A stretch of 64,000 nt of DNA from the NCBI GenBank assembly GCA_038065715.1, contig JBBTQL010000006.1:2127-66126 (forward strand), written 5' to 3'. Shown piece by piece: positions 1-9,206 of the stretch. A program made the position numbers and the translations under genes. Source of the DNA: Patescibacteria group bacterium (lineage in GTDB: Bacteria > Patescibacteriota > Minisyncoccia > Minisyncoccales > Staskawiczbacteraceae). The notes beneath the pieces are model-generated. The model was not told where the DNA came from, made no database searches, and saw only the letters and a list, made by a program, of their open reading frames with translations. Position 1 is the first letter of the stretch, and every line of letters begins with the position of its first letter.

Positions 1-2
1 AA

Positions 3-1451
3 ATAGATAATACTTTATCTGCAGGCGGCAATAGCCCTGGAATTGTAATTTCTGCACCAAGCATTCTATATACAGACGAGAGCGGCAAAACAGACACATT
101 TCAAATTAATCTTTCAACTAAACCATCTTCAAACGTATCTATAAGTTTTAGCAGTTCTAACTCTAAAGAAGGAACCGTATCACCTTTGGCAGTTAATTTT
201 GACCAGGCAAATTGGAACATACCAAAAACTATTACTGTTACGGGCGTTGGTGATACTGTAGTTGATGGGGATAAAACTTATTATGTGATTATAAATCCTG
301 CAGTAAGCAACGACTTAAATTACAACAAAAAAACCGTAAATGACATTAAAGCTATTAATAAAGATGTTCAACCCCCTCAAACGCCAACGAGCTTAAAGGC
401 AGAAGCAACATCTTCTAGCCAAGTAAATCTTACATGGACAGCTGACCAAAATGCAACTAATTATATTATTGAGAGAAAACTGGTTTCTAACTCGCAATGG
501 TCAATTATTGCGACATTAGGAAGCGATAAAATAAGTTATTCTGACACTGGCCTTTCTCCTGAAACTCAATATGAATATAAATTAACTGCCAAAAACAGCG
601 TTGCGCAAGCAACTTCTAATCCTGTGGCAGTAAAAACTCCGCCTGTCGCAGTTACACCCGATAATTCTGCCTTAATAGCATATTATACTTTTGACGATGG
701 CACTGTTACTGATTTAAGTGGTAAGGGCAACAATGGCACCCTTGTAGGGAATCCGAGCGTAGTTACAGGAAGAGTGGGTAAAGCATTAATGTTCACAGGC
801 GGTGCCGATGAATCTAATATAAAAAGAGTAGATTTAGGGAATCCTGCAAATCTTGTAACCCCATCAGAAATAACCGTATCTGTATGGGCAAAATCAAATA
901 ATTTAACATCCATCGGATCTATTGTTTCTAAATATGCATTCAGCACTGGAAAAAATGGGTTTGCGATATATCAAAGAGCAGGAAATATGGTGGCTATAGT
1001 TGCTGATTCTACGGGTATGGGTTTTGTAACCTTAACTGGCGCTTCTGATTTGAATTGGAACTTATGGACAATGACTTTTAAAAATAATGTAATTACTTTC
1101 TATAAAAATGGTGTAGAAAAAGGTACTGCAAATTGGGCTGGCGGAATTAATTCATCATCAAATCGTCTTTTTATTGGGGCGGCATATTATACAAATACTA
1201 TAGCTAAAGATGGATTTGATGGTGCTATTGATGACGTGAGAATTTATAATAAGGTGTTATCAGCAGCAGAAGTTCTTGGGCTTTATAATAGTTATCCCTC
1301 TTCAATAGCAACAACAAAATATAATTTAGCAAGTCTATTAGAAAATATTATTAAATCTACGGTAATATTTCTCGCTTCTGTTGCTACATCTCTGCAAGAA
1401 ATTATTAAATTTATAATAAATAATATAAATAATATTTTCACTGGAAAATAG
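3..1451 (+). CDS. Large surface protein, C-terminal part (5'-truncated by the window edge): adhesin-type repeat, FN3 domain, LamG/concanavalin-A-like lectin domain
   Basis: The frame is open from nt 3, with no stop before the TTG listed at 186. FN3-like segment (PPQTPTSLKAEATSSSQVNLTWTA...YEYKLTAKN). LamG-type signature (LSGKGNNGTL...NRLFIGA...FDGAIDDVRIYNKVLSAAEV). Confidence 0.75.
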   Translation: MDNTLSAGGNSPGIVISAPSILYTDESGKTDTFQINLSTKPSSNVSISFSSSNSKEGTVSPLAVNFDQANWNIPKTITVTGVGDTVVDGDKTYYVIINPAVSNDLNYNKKTVNDIKAINKDVQPPQTPTSLKAEATSSSQVNLTWTADQNATNYIIERKLVSNSQWSIIATLGSDKISYSDTGLSPETQYEYKLTAKNSVAQATSNPVAVKTPPVAVTPDNSALIAYYTFDDGTVTDLSGKGNNGTLVGNPSVVTGRVGKALMFTGGADESNIKRVDLGNPANLVTPSEITVSVWAKSNNLTSIGSIVSKYAFSTGKNGFAIYQRAGNMVAIVADSTGMGFVTLTGASDLNWNLWTMTFKNNVITFYKNGVEKGTANWAGGINSSSNRLFIGAAYYTNTIAKDGFDGAIDDVRIYNKVLSAAEVLGLYNSYPSSIATTKYNLASLLENIIKSTVIFLASVATSLQEIIKFIINNINNIFTGK

Positions 1452-1473
1452 AAAAAACGGCTTTGCTGTTTTA

Positions 1474-1503
1474 ACGGCTCAGACAGGTCTGAGCCGTTTT
1501 TTT
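1474..1503. terminator. Intrinsic terminator hairpin between convergent genes
   Basis: CGGCTCAGAC / GTCTGAGCCG stem followed by a T-run. Confidence 0.6.
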
Positions 1504-1521
1504 ACAAGGCCGTTTTAAGTT

Positions 1522-1839
1522 TCAGAGCGTTGCTCTGTTTCTTTTTTTCCTTTTTGGAGAGCCGCGATCGTTTTTGTATAAATGAGTTTTGTCCCTGATT
1601 TTTCCATTTTTTCCTTCTTGGCAGAATATTCTAAAGGAGATTTTAAGCCCAACCCTGCTTCTCCATAAGAAGAGGATTAGTCCAGATGGGCACTGCCAAA
1701 GATTACGCTTTTTTCCATCTGCGCAAAGCGTATCCTGCATAGCGTTTTCTTCGCCAATGTTTCTTGATATTACTTCGTTTGACCAGGCAACATCGCCTCT
1801 TGGCTCAATAAACCAAGTATATTCACGCTGTTTTTCCAT
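1522..1839 (-). CDS. Hypothetical small protein (GC-richer ORFan)
   Basis: AAGGAAGG lies just upstream of the ATG. Local composition is GC-richer than the flanks. No motif recognised. The overlapping + strand ORF 1589-1915 looks less protein-like. Confidence 0.5.
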   Translation of the reverse strand: MEKQREYTWFIEPRGDVAWSNEVISRNIGEENAMQDTLCADGKKRNLWQCPSGLILFLWRSRVGLKISFRIFCQEGKNGKIRDKTHLYKNDRGSPKRKKRNRATL

Positions 1840-2020
1840 TTTTTGCCTTCCTTATATTAAAGTGAAGGATTTTGTCAATGTTCAGTGTTTGTTATTTTAT
1901 CATTTTTTGTTATAAAAGTCAAAAAAATGAGTTTAAATTATCCCCAGTTTAGGGGTTGCTTTACTCTTAATTTTAAGGTAAAATAGAAGAATAATAGACT
2001 AAGAAAAATATACTGAAAAT

Positions 2021-3166
2021 ATGAGAAAAAATATAGTTATAGAGGATAAAAAAGAAGCGGAGCTTATTAAAGAATTAGAGGCCAGAAAAGATGTTAAAGC
2101 AGAGAGAATAAAAAGGCTTTTAAAACTACCCGACCTGACAAAAAAAGACAATTCTTCTGTAAAAATTTTGGTTGACCAAATAATAAATTTGCCGCGATTC
2201 AAAGATTTTGATTTGGTTGATTTTCCAAGAATTGTAACAGTAGAACAAAATTTTGATGTTTTAAATGCGCCAAAAGACCATCCAAGCCGTAGAGAATCAG
2301 ATACTTATTACTTAGACGATTCTAATATTTTACGCACGCAGACAACAGCAATGTGGCTGTTTTATCTAAGAAATCCAGAAGTGCTAGAGAGATTAAAGAA
2401 TGAGGGCGAAGTAAAAGCATTGTCATCTGGAATAGTGTTTCGCAAAGACGAAATTGACAAAAAGCATTTTCCGGCCTTTCACCAAATAGATGGATTGTTA
2501 ATCTGCAAAAAAGATAAAAAAGTTATAACCTTGGATGATTTAAAAGAGGTTGAAGTTGAAATGACAAAAAGCATTTTTGGCAGTGATGTTGAATACAGAT
2601 TTTTAGTTGACTCGTTTCCGTTTACCGATCCATCAGTGCAAATTGAAATTAAATTTAATGGAGATTGGATGGAGGTAGTCGGTTCTGGTTTGGTGCATAA
2701 TCAAGTTTTGAAAAATTTTGGACTGGATCCGGAAATTTATAACGGCTGGGCATTTGGATTTGGAGTGGAGAGATTGGCAATGATAAAAATGCAAATTCCA
2801 GATATTAGAATTTTATGGTCGGATGACTCAAGAATAACCAGCCAGTTTAAAGATATAAACAGCAAATATAAAGAAGTAAGCAAGTATCCTGAAACCTCAA
2901 GAGACATTTCATTTGTTATTGATAAAAATATAAATTTAAATAATTATTACGAAATTGTGCGAGATTATGCCGAAAATTTAATTGAAGAAGTAAAGCTTGT
3001 TGACGAGTATGAAGACGAAACAAAATTTGGCAAAGATAAAAAAAGTTATACATTTAGAATAATTTACCGTTCTCCGGAAAGAACTTTAACTAATGAAGAA
3101 ATAAACAAAATCCAGGAAGAAATTCGTGAAAAAACGAAAACAGACTTAAGCGCAATTTTAAGGTAA
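2021..3166 (+). CDS. pheS: Phenylalanine--tRNA ligase, single-chain form: alpha-type catalytic core fused to a C-terminal FDX-ACB anticodon-binding domain
   Basis: Class II core motifs ([42 protein letters not shown]). C-terminal module [14 protein letters not shown]...[22 protein letters not shown]. Collinear with mitochondrial FARS2 as I recall it. No pheT follows. Confidence 0.9.
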   Translation: [381 protein letters not shown]

Positions 3167-3170
3167 AATA

Positions 3171-3779
3171 ATGAATTACGCTTTCATTGATTTTCAAAAT
3201 ACAGATAATACCACAAAACAATTGCTTGGTTTTTCGATTAATTGGAAAAAATTGTACGATTTTTTAAAAAATAATTGGAAATGCGAAAAAGTTTTTTTGT
3301 ATATTGGTGTTGATGATAGAGATATGGAAGCAGGAGAATTATCAGAAGAACTAAAGAGTATCGGATTTGTTGTTAGAGGCAAAAAATTGTTTTCGTATAA
3401 AAATAGGGATAAGGAAATAAATGTTTCTTGTTCTAAATGTGGGAACAAATTTATAGAAAAAATTGATATGGGTTATAACAAAAAAGCTAACTGCGATGTT
3501 GATTTGACTGTTGATGCTATGGATTTGGCCCAAAAAGATAATGTGTTCTATATTTTTACTGGAGACGGGGATTTTGAATTTTTAATCAGAAATGTTATTT
3601 TAAAAGAAGTTAAAACTTATATTATATCCAGCGCCAGAAAAATAAAAACAAGAGGGCACAGATATTTTACTTCGCGTCTTTCAAAAAAATTGAGAATACT
3701 GGCAATGGAAAACAAAGACAAGGTTTATATTATTGAAATAAACAATTTACGAATGAAATTTGCGAAAGATATCCGCTAA
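3171..3779 (+). CDS. NYN/LabA-like (PIN-like) domain protein with an inserted zinc-ribbon-like segment
   Basis: FIDFQN ... CDVDLTVDAMD ... FTGDGDFEFLI motif set. CSKCGNKF insert. Confidence 0.7.
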   Translation: MNYAFIDFQNTDNTTKQLLGFSINWKKLYDFLKNNWKCEKVFLYIGVDDRDMEAGELSEELKSIGFVVRGKKLFSYKNRDKEINVSCSKCGNKFIEKIDMGYNKKANCDVDLTVDAMDLAQKDNVFYIFTGDGDFEFLIRNVILKEVKTYIISSARKIKTRGHRYFTSRLSKKLRILAMENKDKVYIIEINNLRMKFAKDIR

Positions 3780-3893
3780 TAAAAAAAAGGAAAAGGACAC
3801 GAAGCGTGGCCTTTTCTAATGATGAGTTCAGTATATCAAAATAAAAGGCCTTGTCAAGAGGCGTAAACTATTTATAATATTTAGTATAAAAAC

Positions 3894-4490
3894 ATGAGCG
3901 AAACACCGCGAGAACAAGAGTCAATTTTACCGGATAAAGTTTTAGAAGTTGAACCGATAGAAGTGAGCAGGGGTACTATTATAAAAATAAGAGAACAAAT
4001 TAAGGAATTAGTTGAAGCTCCCCTTTTGAGTGCGTGCGAGGAGTTATATGATAAAAATATTCAAACATCCGGTACAAGTGCAAACAAAAAAGATATTGAG
4101 AGCCATATGCCTGGTTATATAGTAATAGTTTTTGATTCTTTATCTGACAAAAATAAAGAGATAGCCAAGCAATTTGGTAAAGCAGAAAAATTTGAATTTA
4201 GCGATGACCCATGTCAGGTAAAAATTGAGATTCCGTTAAACGAAAATAGTTCTGCAGAAGAAATAAAGACTTATGCTGAAGCAGTTGCTCATAAGTTTTT
4301 TAAACAAAGAATGACTTGGGCGCCACATTTTACAATAGAAGAATTGAGAGAGGCTTATGCGGGAGATCCTAATGACGAATCTATTACAATAGAAGAGCTT
4401 GAAGATACATATTATTATGATCCACAAAGTAAATTATTCTATTTAAGTGAAGAGCATTTTAGAAAAGTTAACGAAAAAATTGAAGATTAA
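3894..4490 (+). CDS. Hypothetical acidic protein
   Basis: Long ORF preceded by TTGTCA-N16-TATAAT (3851-3879). No motif recognised. Confidence 0.55.
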   Translation: MSETPREQESILPDKVLEVEPIEVSRGTIIKIREQIKELVEAPLLSACEELYDKNIQTSGTSANKKDIESHMPGYIVIVFDSLSDKNKEIAKQFGKAEKFEFSDDPCQVKIEIPLNENSSAEEIKTYAEAVAHKFFKQRMTWAPHFTIEELREAYAGDPNDESITIEELEDTYYYDPQSKLFYLSEEHFRKVNEKIED

Positions 4491-4523
4491 AAATCAGAAA
4501 TTTTAAATTAAAAATTCGTAATT

Positions 4524-6722
4524 ATGAAATTAAACATAAAAGAAAAAGACGAAGAAAAACCAGAGAAACCCGACAAAAGCCCTAAAGGGCATTTTGACGG
4601 GCCCGCCACAATCTCGCCGCCTGCCCGCAATGCTGACAGCATAGCTGCTGCAGGCGGGAAGGCGAGTTTGGGCGGGAAGTCTGCGTCCGTTAAAGTTGCA
4701 AAAAAGATAGAAAAAATTGGAGACAAACCCGCCTCCGCTAAAAGCTCTGGCGAGGCGAAGGAAGAACCCGACAAAAGCGTTTCGCGCATTTTGACGGGTG
4801 CGAGCAAAGCTCGCAAAGACGGCGAATATACGGCTAAAGATATTTACGTTTTAAAGGGTTTAGAGCCCGTTCGCAAAAGGCCTGGAATGTATATAGGTTC
4901 TACCAGCATAGACGGGCTTCATCATTTAATTTGGGAAGTTGTAGATAATTGCTTAGATGAAGCAATGGCAGGATACGCCAAAAATATTGAGGTTATTCTT
5001 TTGCCAAACAATAGAGTAAAAATTTCTGATGACGGAAGAGGCATTCCTGTTGAAAAACATGCGGATACAAAAAAATCGGCTTTAGAAACAGTTATGACAA
5101 CTTTGCATGCTGGAGGAAAATTTGGCGGAGACGCGTATAAGGTCTCTGGAGGCTTGCACGGGGTCGGTATCTCTGTAGTATGCGCGCTTTCAACATATAT
5201 GCTCTCTGAGGTGCATCGCGACGGCGGAGTTTATCAGCAGGAATATTTTAGGGGAGAGCCAAAAACATCAGTAAAAAAAGTCGGTGAATCAAAGAAAACA
5301 GGAACCACCCAAACTTTTGACGCAGACCCGCAAATTTTTTCTGAAATAAAATATGATTCAAAAAGAATTTTAACTCATTTACGCCAGCAGGCTTATTTAA
5401 CAAAAGGGGTAAGAATTTCTTTCTTAGACCATAGAGAAAAAGGGAAAGAAGCAAGTTATGATTTTTATTTTGACGGCGGCGTCGGTTCTTATGTCAAATA
5501 TTTAGTTTTAAGCAATACTCCGCGCCATGAAAATGTTTTTTCAACGGCTTCAGAAAAAAATGAAATTTATGTTGAAGCTGCTTTTCAATACACTCAAGAA
5601 ATGGAGTGCACTGAAGAAAGTTTTGCTAATAATATTTATACCCCAGAAGGCGGAACCCATATTTCAGGATTTCGCGCGGCTTTAACAAGATGCTTAAATG
5701 ATTATGCGAGGCGCGAAGGATTTTTAAAAGAAAAAGACGAGAACTTTACAGGAGATGATGTGAGAGAAGGTTTAACTGCAGTAATCTCTGTAAAAATAAG
5801 AACTCCGCAGTTTGAAGGCCAAACAAAAGCGAAATTAGGAAACCCTGAAGCAAAAAATGCAGTAGAAATGGCTTTGTCAGAGGGTTTGTCAGATTATTTA
5901 GAAAGATTTCCTCAAGACGCAAAAGCAATTATTGAAAATTGCCTTTTGGCGACCAAGGCAAGGCTGGCCGCTAAAGCTGCAAGGCAGACAGTTTTAAGGA
6001 AAGGAATTTTAGAGGGCTTAGCATTGCCTGGTAAATTGGCTGATTGCTTGTCAAAAAAACCCGAAGATTCTGAATTATATATAGTTGAGGGAGAGAGCGC
6101 CGGAGGAAGCGCCAAACAAGCAAGGGATAGGGGATTTCAGGCAATTTTGCCTTTGCGAGGAAAAATTTTAAATGTTGAAAGGGCAAGAGTTGATAAAATG
6201 CTGGCGTCAAAAGAAATTAAATCGTTAATTATTGCTTTAGGAACTGCTGTGGCAGAAGATTTTGATATAGAAAAATTAAGATATCACAGAATAGTTATTA
6301 TGACTGATGCTGACGTTGACGGAGCTCATATAAGAACTTTGCTTTTAACTCTTTTTTATAGATATTTTAAGTCCATAATAGAAGCAGGATATATTTATAT
6401 CGCCCAGCCGCCGCTTTATAAAATTCAGGCAGGAAAACGCATAGAATATGCTTATACAGAAGAACAAAAAGACAAAATTGTAAAAGAAATTGGAAAAGCC
6501 ACTGGCATATCCTTGCAAAGATATAAAGGTTTAGGAGAAATGAATTCTGAACAGCTTTGGGAAACAACAATGAATCCTGAAAACAGATTATTATTGCAAG
6601 TAACAATTGAAGACGGCCACGAAGCAGACAAAACTTTGGATATGTTAATGGGTGAAGAAGTCGGGCCAAGAAAAAAATTTATCCAGACGCACGCAAAAAC
6701 AGTTAAAAACTTAGACGTTTAA
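4524..6722 (+). CDS. gyrB: DNA gyrase subunit B with an N-terminal extension of about 100 codons built from GC-rich repeats
   Basis: GHKL ATPase (LEPVRKRPGMYIG, HHLIWEVVDNCLDEA, DDGRGIP). Toprim (YIVEGESAGGSAKQARDR, LPLRGKILNVE). Tail (IMTDADVDGAHIRTLLLTLF, QRYKGLGEM). The start is uncertain: ATG 4524 or in-frame TTG 4791. Confidence 0.95.
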   Translation: MKLNIKEKDEEKPEKPDKSPKGHFDGPATISPPARNADSIAAAGGKASLGGKSASVKVAKKIEKIGDKPASAKSSGEAKEEPDKSVSRILTGASKARKDGEYTAKDIYVLKGLEPVRKRPGMYIGSTSIDGLHHLIWEVVDNCLDEAMAGYAKNIEVILLPNNRVKISDDGRGIPVEKHADTKKSALETVMTTLHAGGKFGGDAYKVSGGLHGVGISVVCALSTYMLSEVHRDGGVYQQEYFRGEPKTSVKKVGESKKTGTTQTFDADPQIFSEIKYDSKRILTHLRQQAYLTKGVRISFLDHREKGKEASYDFYFDGGVGSYVKYLVLSNTPRHENVFSTASEKNEIYVEAAFQYTQEMECTEESFANNIYTPEGGTHISGFRAALTRCLNDYARREGFLKEKDENFTGDDVREGLTAVISVKIRTPQFEGQTKAKLGNPEAKNAVEMALSEGLSDYLERFPQDAKAIIENCLLATKARLAAKAARQTVLRKGILEGLALPGKLADCLSKKPEDSELYIVEGESAGGSAKQARDRGFQAILPLRGKILNVERARVDKMLASKEIKSLIIALGTAVAEDFDIEKLRYHRIVIMTDADVDGAHIRTLLLTLFYRYFKSIIEAGYIYIAQPPLYKIQAGKRIEYAYTEEQKDKIVKEIGKATGISLQRYKGLGEMNSEQLWETTMNPENRLLLQVTIEDGHEADKTLDMLMGEEVGPRKKFIQTHAKTVKNLDV
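4569..4601 (+). repeat. Palindromic element family 1 (CCCGACAAAAGC..GCATTTTGACGGG), copy 1, in frame in gyrB
   Basis: cccgacaaaagccctaaagggcattttgacggg. Same ends as 4767-4798 and the reverse complement of 41005-41036. Confidence 0.85.
4728..4760 (+). repeat. Family 2-like GC-rich element, in frame in gyrB
   Basis: cccgcctccgc...ggcgaggcgaag. Shares GCCTCCGC and GGCGAG.CGAAG with the copies in gatB, rnhB and gatC. Read in the same frame (A-S-A). Confidence 0.6.
4767..4798 (+). repeat. Palindromic element family 1, copy 2, in frame in gyrB
   Basis: cccgacaaaagcgtttcgcgcattttgacggg. Confidence 0.85.
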
Positions 6723-6808
6723 GAAGACTTGACTTATTTTTATGGTTCAGCTACTATAATAAGTAGATGGCCTTCGGGCTGTTTTTTAAAACAATAAAGA
6801 TATATATT

Positions 6809-7003
6809 ATGAATATTGCGCAAAAAATAAAGATATTTTTTAAAGAGGTTTATTTTGAATTGAAAAGAGTAAGCTGGCTGTCGCGTAAAGATGTTTTAAG
6901 ATATACATTAATTGTTTTAGCCCTTACTATTATAGTAGCCTTCTTTTTAGGGGGGCTGGATTTTATTTTTACTGAAATAATAAAGAGATTTGTCCTTAAA
7001 TAA
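6809..7003 (+). CDS. secE: Preprotein translocase subunit SecE
   Basis: Short protein with one C-terminal TM helix (LIVLALTIIVAFFLGGLDFIF). Canonical position directly upstream of nusG. The internal ATG at 6809 is preferred over 6767. Confidence 0.8.
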   Translation: MNIAQKIKIFFKEVYFELKRVSWLSRKDVLRYTLIVLALTIIVAFFLGGLDFIFTEIIKRFVLK

Positions 7004-7008
7004 AAAAT

Positions 7009-7557
7009 ATGCCAAAACAAGTAATAGAACAAGAAAGAGGCTGGTATGTGATTCACACATATTCTGGTTATGAAGATGCAGTTGCAAAAAACCTTAAACA
7101 AAGGATAGAGAGTTTGGGTATGGAAGATAAAATTTTTAATGTTATTGTTCCAAAAGAGAAAAAAATTAAAATTAAAAATGGTAAGAGAAAAACAATTGAA
7201 GAAAAAATTTATCCAGGATATGTGCTGGTTGAAATGATAATTACCGATGCTTCTTGGTATGTGGTTAGAAATACTCCGAGAGTAACAGGATTTTTAGGGG
7301 CAGGAACCACGCCAATCCCAGTTTCAAAAAAAGACATTGACGACCTAATGAAAAGAATGGAAGTTGGCGAACCGGAGTTTAAAATTGATTTTGAAATTGG
7401 AGCTTCAATTAAAATTACAGACGGCCCGTTTAAGGGTTTTGAAGGAAAAGTTTCTGAGATTGACCAGACAAGGGGTAAAATTAAAGTGCTGGTTAATATG
7501 TTTGGAAGAGATACCCCTGTAGAATTAGATTCTTTGCAAATAAAGAAGGTAGATTAA
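7009..7557 (+). CDS. nusG: Transcription termination/antitermination factor NusG
   Basis: NGN domain (WYVIHTYSGYE). KOW motif (ITDGPFKGFEGKVSEID). secE-nusG-rplK order. Confidence 0.95.
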   Translation: MPKQVIEQERGWYVIHTYSGYEDAVAKNLKQRIESLGMEDKIFNVIVPKEKKIKIKNGKRKTIEEKIYPGYVLVEMIITDASWYVVRNTPRVTGFLGAGTTPIPVSKKDIDDLMKRMEVGEPEFKIDFEIGASIKITDGPFKGFEGKVSEIDQTRGKIKVLVNMFGRDTPVELDSLQIKKVD

Positions 7558-7563
7558 ATTAAA

Positions 7564-7635
7564 ATCCGAAGCACGAAATCCGAAATCCGAAACAAATCCA
7601 AATTTTCGAATTTCGAAATTCGAATTTCGAGTTTC
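7564..7635. repeat. Tandem heptamer array (consensus YCGAAWT, about 8-9 units) with partly self-complementary halves
   Basis: tccgaag cacgaaa tccgaaa tccgaaa ... ttcgaat ttcgaaa ttcgaat ttcgag, in the nusG-rplK spacer. TTCGAA is itself palindromic. Confidence 0.7.
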
Positions 7636-7655
7636 TTTTACGGAGTAAAAGTATT

Positions 7656-8078
7656 ATGGCTAAACAAATTAAGGCAATAATAAAAGTGCAGATTCAGGCT
7701 GGCAAAGCAACGCCAGCGCCTCCAGTAGGGCCGGCGTTAGCTCAATACATTAATGTTGCTGAATTTTGCCAAAAATTTAATGCGGCGACACAGGCAATGG
7801 CGGGCTATACGGTTCCAGCAGAGGTAACAATTTATAATGATAGGTCATATATTTTTAAACTTAAAACGCCGTTAGCTTCAGAGTTATTAAAAAAAGCAGC
7901 TGGCGTTGAAAAAGGATCTGGCGCGCCAAATAAAACAAAAGTAGGCAAAGTCACAAAAGCCCAATTAAAAGAAATTGCTGAAAAGAAATTGCAGGACCTA
8001 AACACCACAGATATAGAACAAGCAATGAAAATAATTGCAGGAACAGCAAAAAATATGGGGATAGAAGTAAGAGACTAA
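7656..8078 (+). CDS. rplK: 50S ribosomal protein L11
   Basis: [22 protein letters not shown]-terminal signature. Position after nusG. Confidence 0.95.
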   Translation: MAKQIKAIIKVQIQAGKATPAPPVGPALAQYINVAEFCQKFNAATQAMAGYTVPAEVTIYNDRSYIFKLKTPLASELLKKAAGVEKGSGAPNKTKVGKVTKAQLKEIAEKKLQDLNTTDIEQAMKIIAGTAKNMGIEVRD

Positions 8079-8091
8079 TTTTTAAACAAAA

Positions 8092-8118
8092 AACGGACAC
8101 AGCAAGTTCGTTTTTTTA
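8092..8118 (+). terminator. Putative intrinsic terminator after rplK
   Basis: AACGGAC / GTTCGTT stem (one G-U pair) followed by TTTTTTT. Confidence 0.5.
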
Positions 8119-8269
8119 TTCAGCAAAAGTTTTTGCTTTGAGAAAGAGGTTAAAATAAAGACGATTAAAATTTGACGAATTAACAAAAAGGTTGTAAATT
8201 GACAATAGCTCGCTGGGAGTGTTTCCCGGCTTTGAAAATTGGATATATTAAGAAAGAAAGGGTGATAAA

Positions 8270-9205
8270 ATGGACGTTATATGGAATCTAACACGAGTTT
8301 GTCCTTGGAATTGTAGGATTTGTTGTGTTTCTGCTGTTTATGCCACAGGCAAAACAAAACACAAGGTCGTCACTGCCCAAAAAGAATCAGGCAAAGAACT
8401 AAGTCTCGCTGAGAAATTAACTGTGTTAAGATTATTAGTCGACAGAAACTTTGAAATAGATTTTTCTGGCGGAGACCCGTTGTATTATGAAGAAGATTTT
8501 TTTGTGGTAGAACAAGCTACTCAATGGCTACCATCAAAGAAAATCGGAATTAGTATGACAGGCAGTGAAATTACTGAAGCAAAAATAAACCTTCTTAGAA
8601 AGGTCGGCGTTGTGGAATTCACTTTGGATAATTTGCCAAAAACAAAAAATCCATTTCGCCCGAATGATTTTAATGTTGCATCGATGAAGGCTATGAGAAA
8701 ATGTGTCGCAAACGGAATAAGAGTAAGGGCTATTACAGTTTTATATTCTAAAACAATGCCTGAGAGAAACCTCATAGATTTGTATTCTTGGTTGTGCAAG
8801 AATAATGTTTCAGAATGGGAACTGCTTAGGTATTATCCTATTGGAAGGGGCAGAAATCTGGCAAAAAATTTACCTTCTAAGGAAAAGTACTTGGAGGTAA
8901 TGAGATTTTTAAGGAGTCTTCACGGCTCGACTAGAGTCTTTTTTCAACATTCATTAAATCTGTTGGAGAAAGACATATCTTGCCCAGCAGTAACAAATTC
9001 GTTTGGCATTCTGCCAGATGGCACAGTGGTTGCTTGCGCATGGGCTTTAGACAGAAACTGTTTTCCATTAAGTGAATTCTATCTTGGAAAACTTCCAGAG
9101 GAAGACATTGATAGTATTATTGCAAGGGCACAACAAAAGCCAATGTACTGCAAAACAGCAAATTTTTGCAGAACAATGGTAGAATTAGAAAAAGGAGAAA
9201 AATAA
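8270..9205 (+). CDS. Radical SAM protein with SPASM/twitch-like C-terminal Cys cluster
   Basis: CPWNCRIC (CX3CX2C). GGDPL. C-terminal CPAVTNSFGILPDGTVVACAW...C...C pattern. Confidence 0.8.
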   Translation: MDVIWNLTRVCPWNCRICCVSAVYATGKTKHKVVTAQKESGKELSLAEKLTVLRLLVDRNFEIDFSGGDPLYYEEDFFVVEQATQWLPSKKIGISMTGSEITEAKINLLRKVGVVEFTLDNLPKTKNPFRPNDFNVASMKAMRKCVANGIRVRAITVLYSKTMPERNLIDLYSWLCKNNVSEWELLRYYPIGRGRNLAKNLPSKEKYLEVMRFLRSLHGSTRVFFQHSLNLLEKDISCPAVTNSFGILPDGTVVACAWALDRNCFPLSEFYLGKLPEEDIDSIIARAQQKPMYCKTANFCRTMVELEKGEK

Positions 9206-9206
9206 C

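Noticed and set aside
1851-1878. TTGACA-N16-TATAAG promoter for the 105-aa ORF at 1522-1839, as a standalone feature
   Set aside because: The -10 box ends only 11 nt from the ATG and overlaps the apparent AAGGAAGG ribosome-binding site, so both signals cannot be functional as drawn. It is mentioned only within the cassette finding.
8270-9205. Prokaryotic viperin (antiviral radical SAM) next to nucleotide-metabolism genes
   Set aside because: The N-terminal motif is generic radical SAM. The C-terminal SPASM/twitch-like Cys cluster and the coupling to an SplB-like partner do not fit viperin. A terminator separates it from the nucleotide genes.
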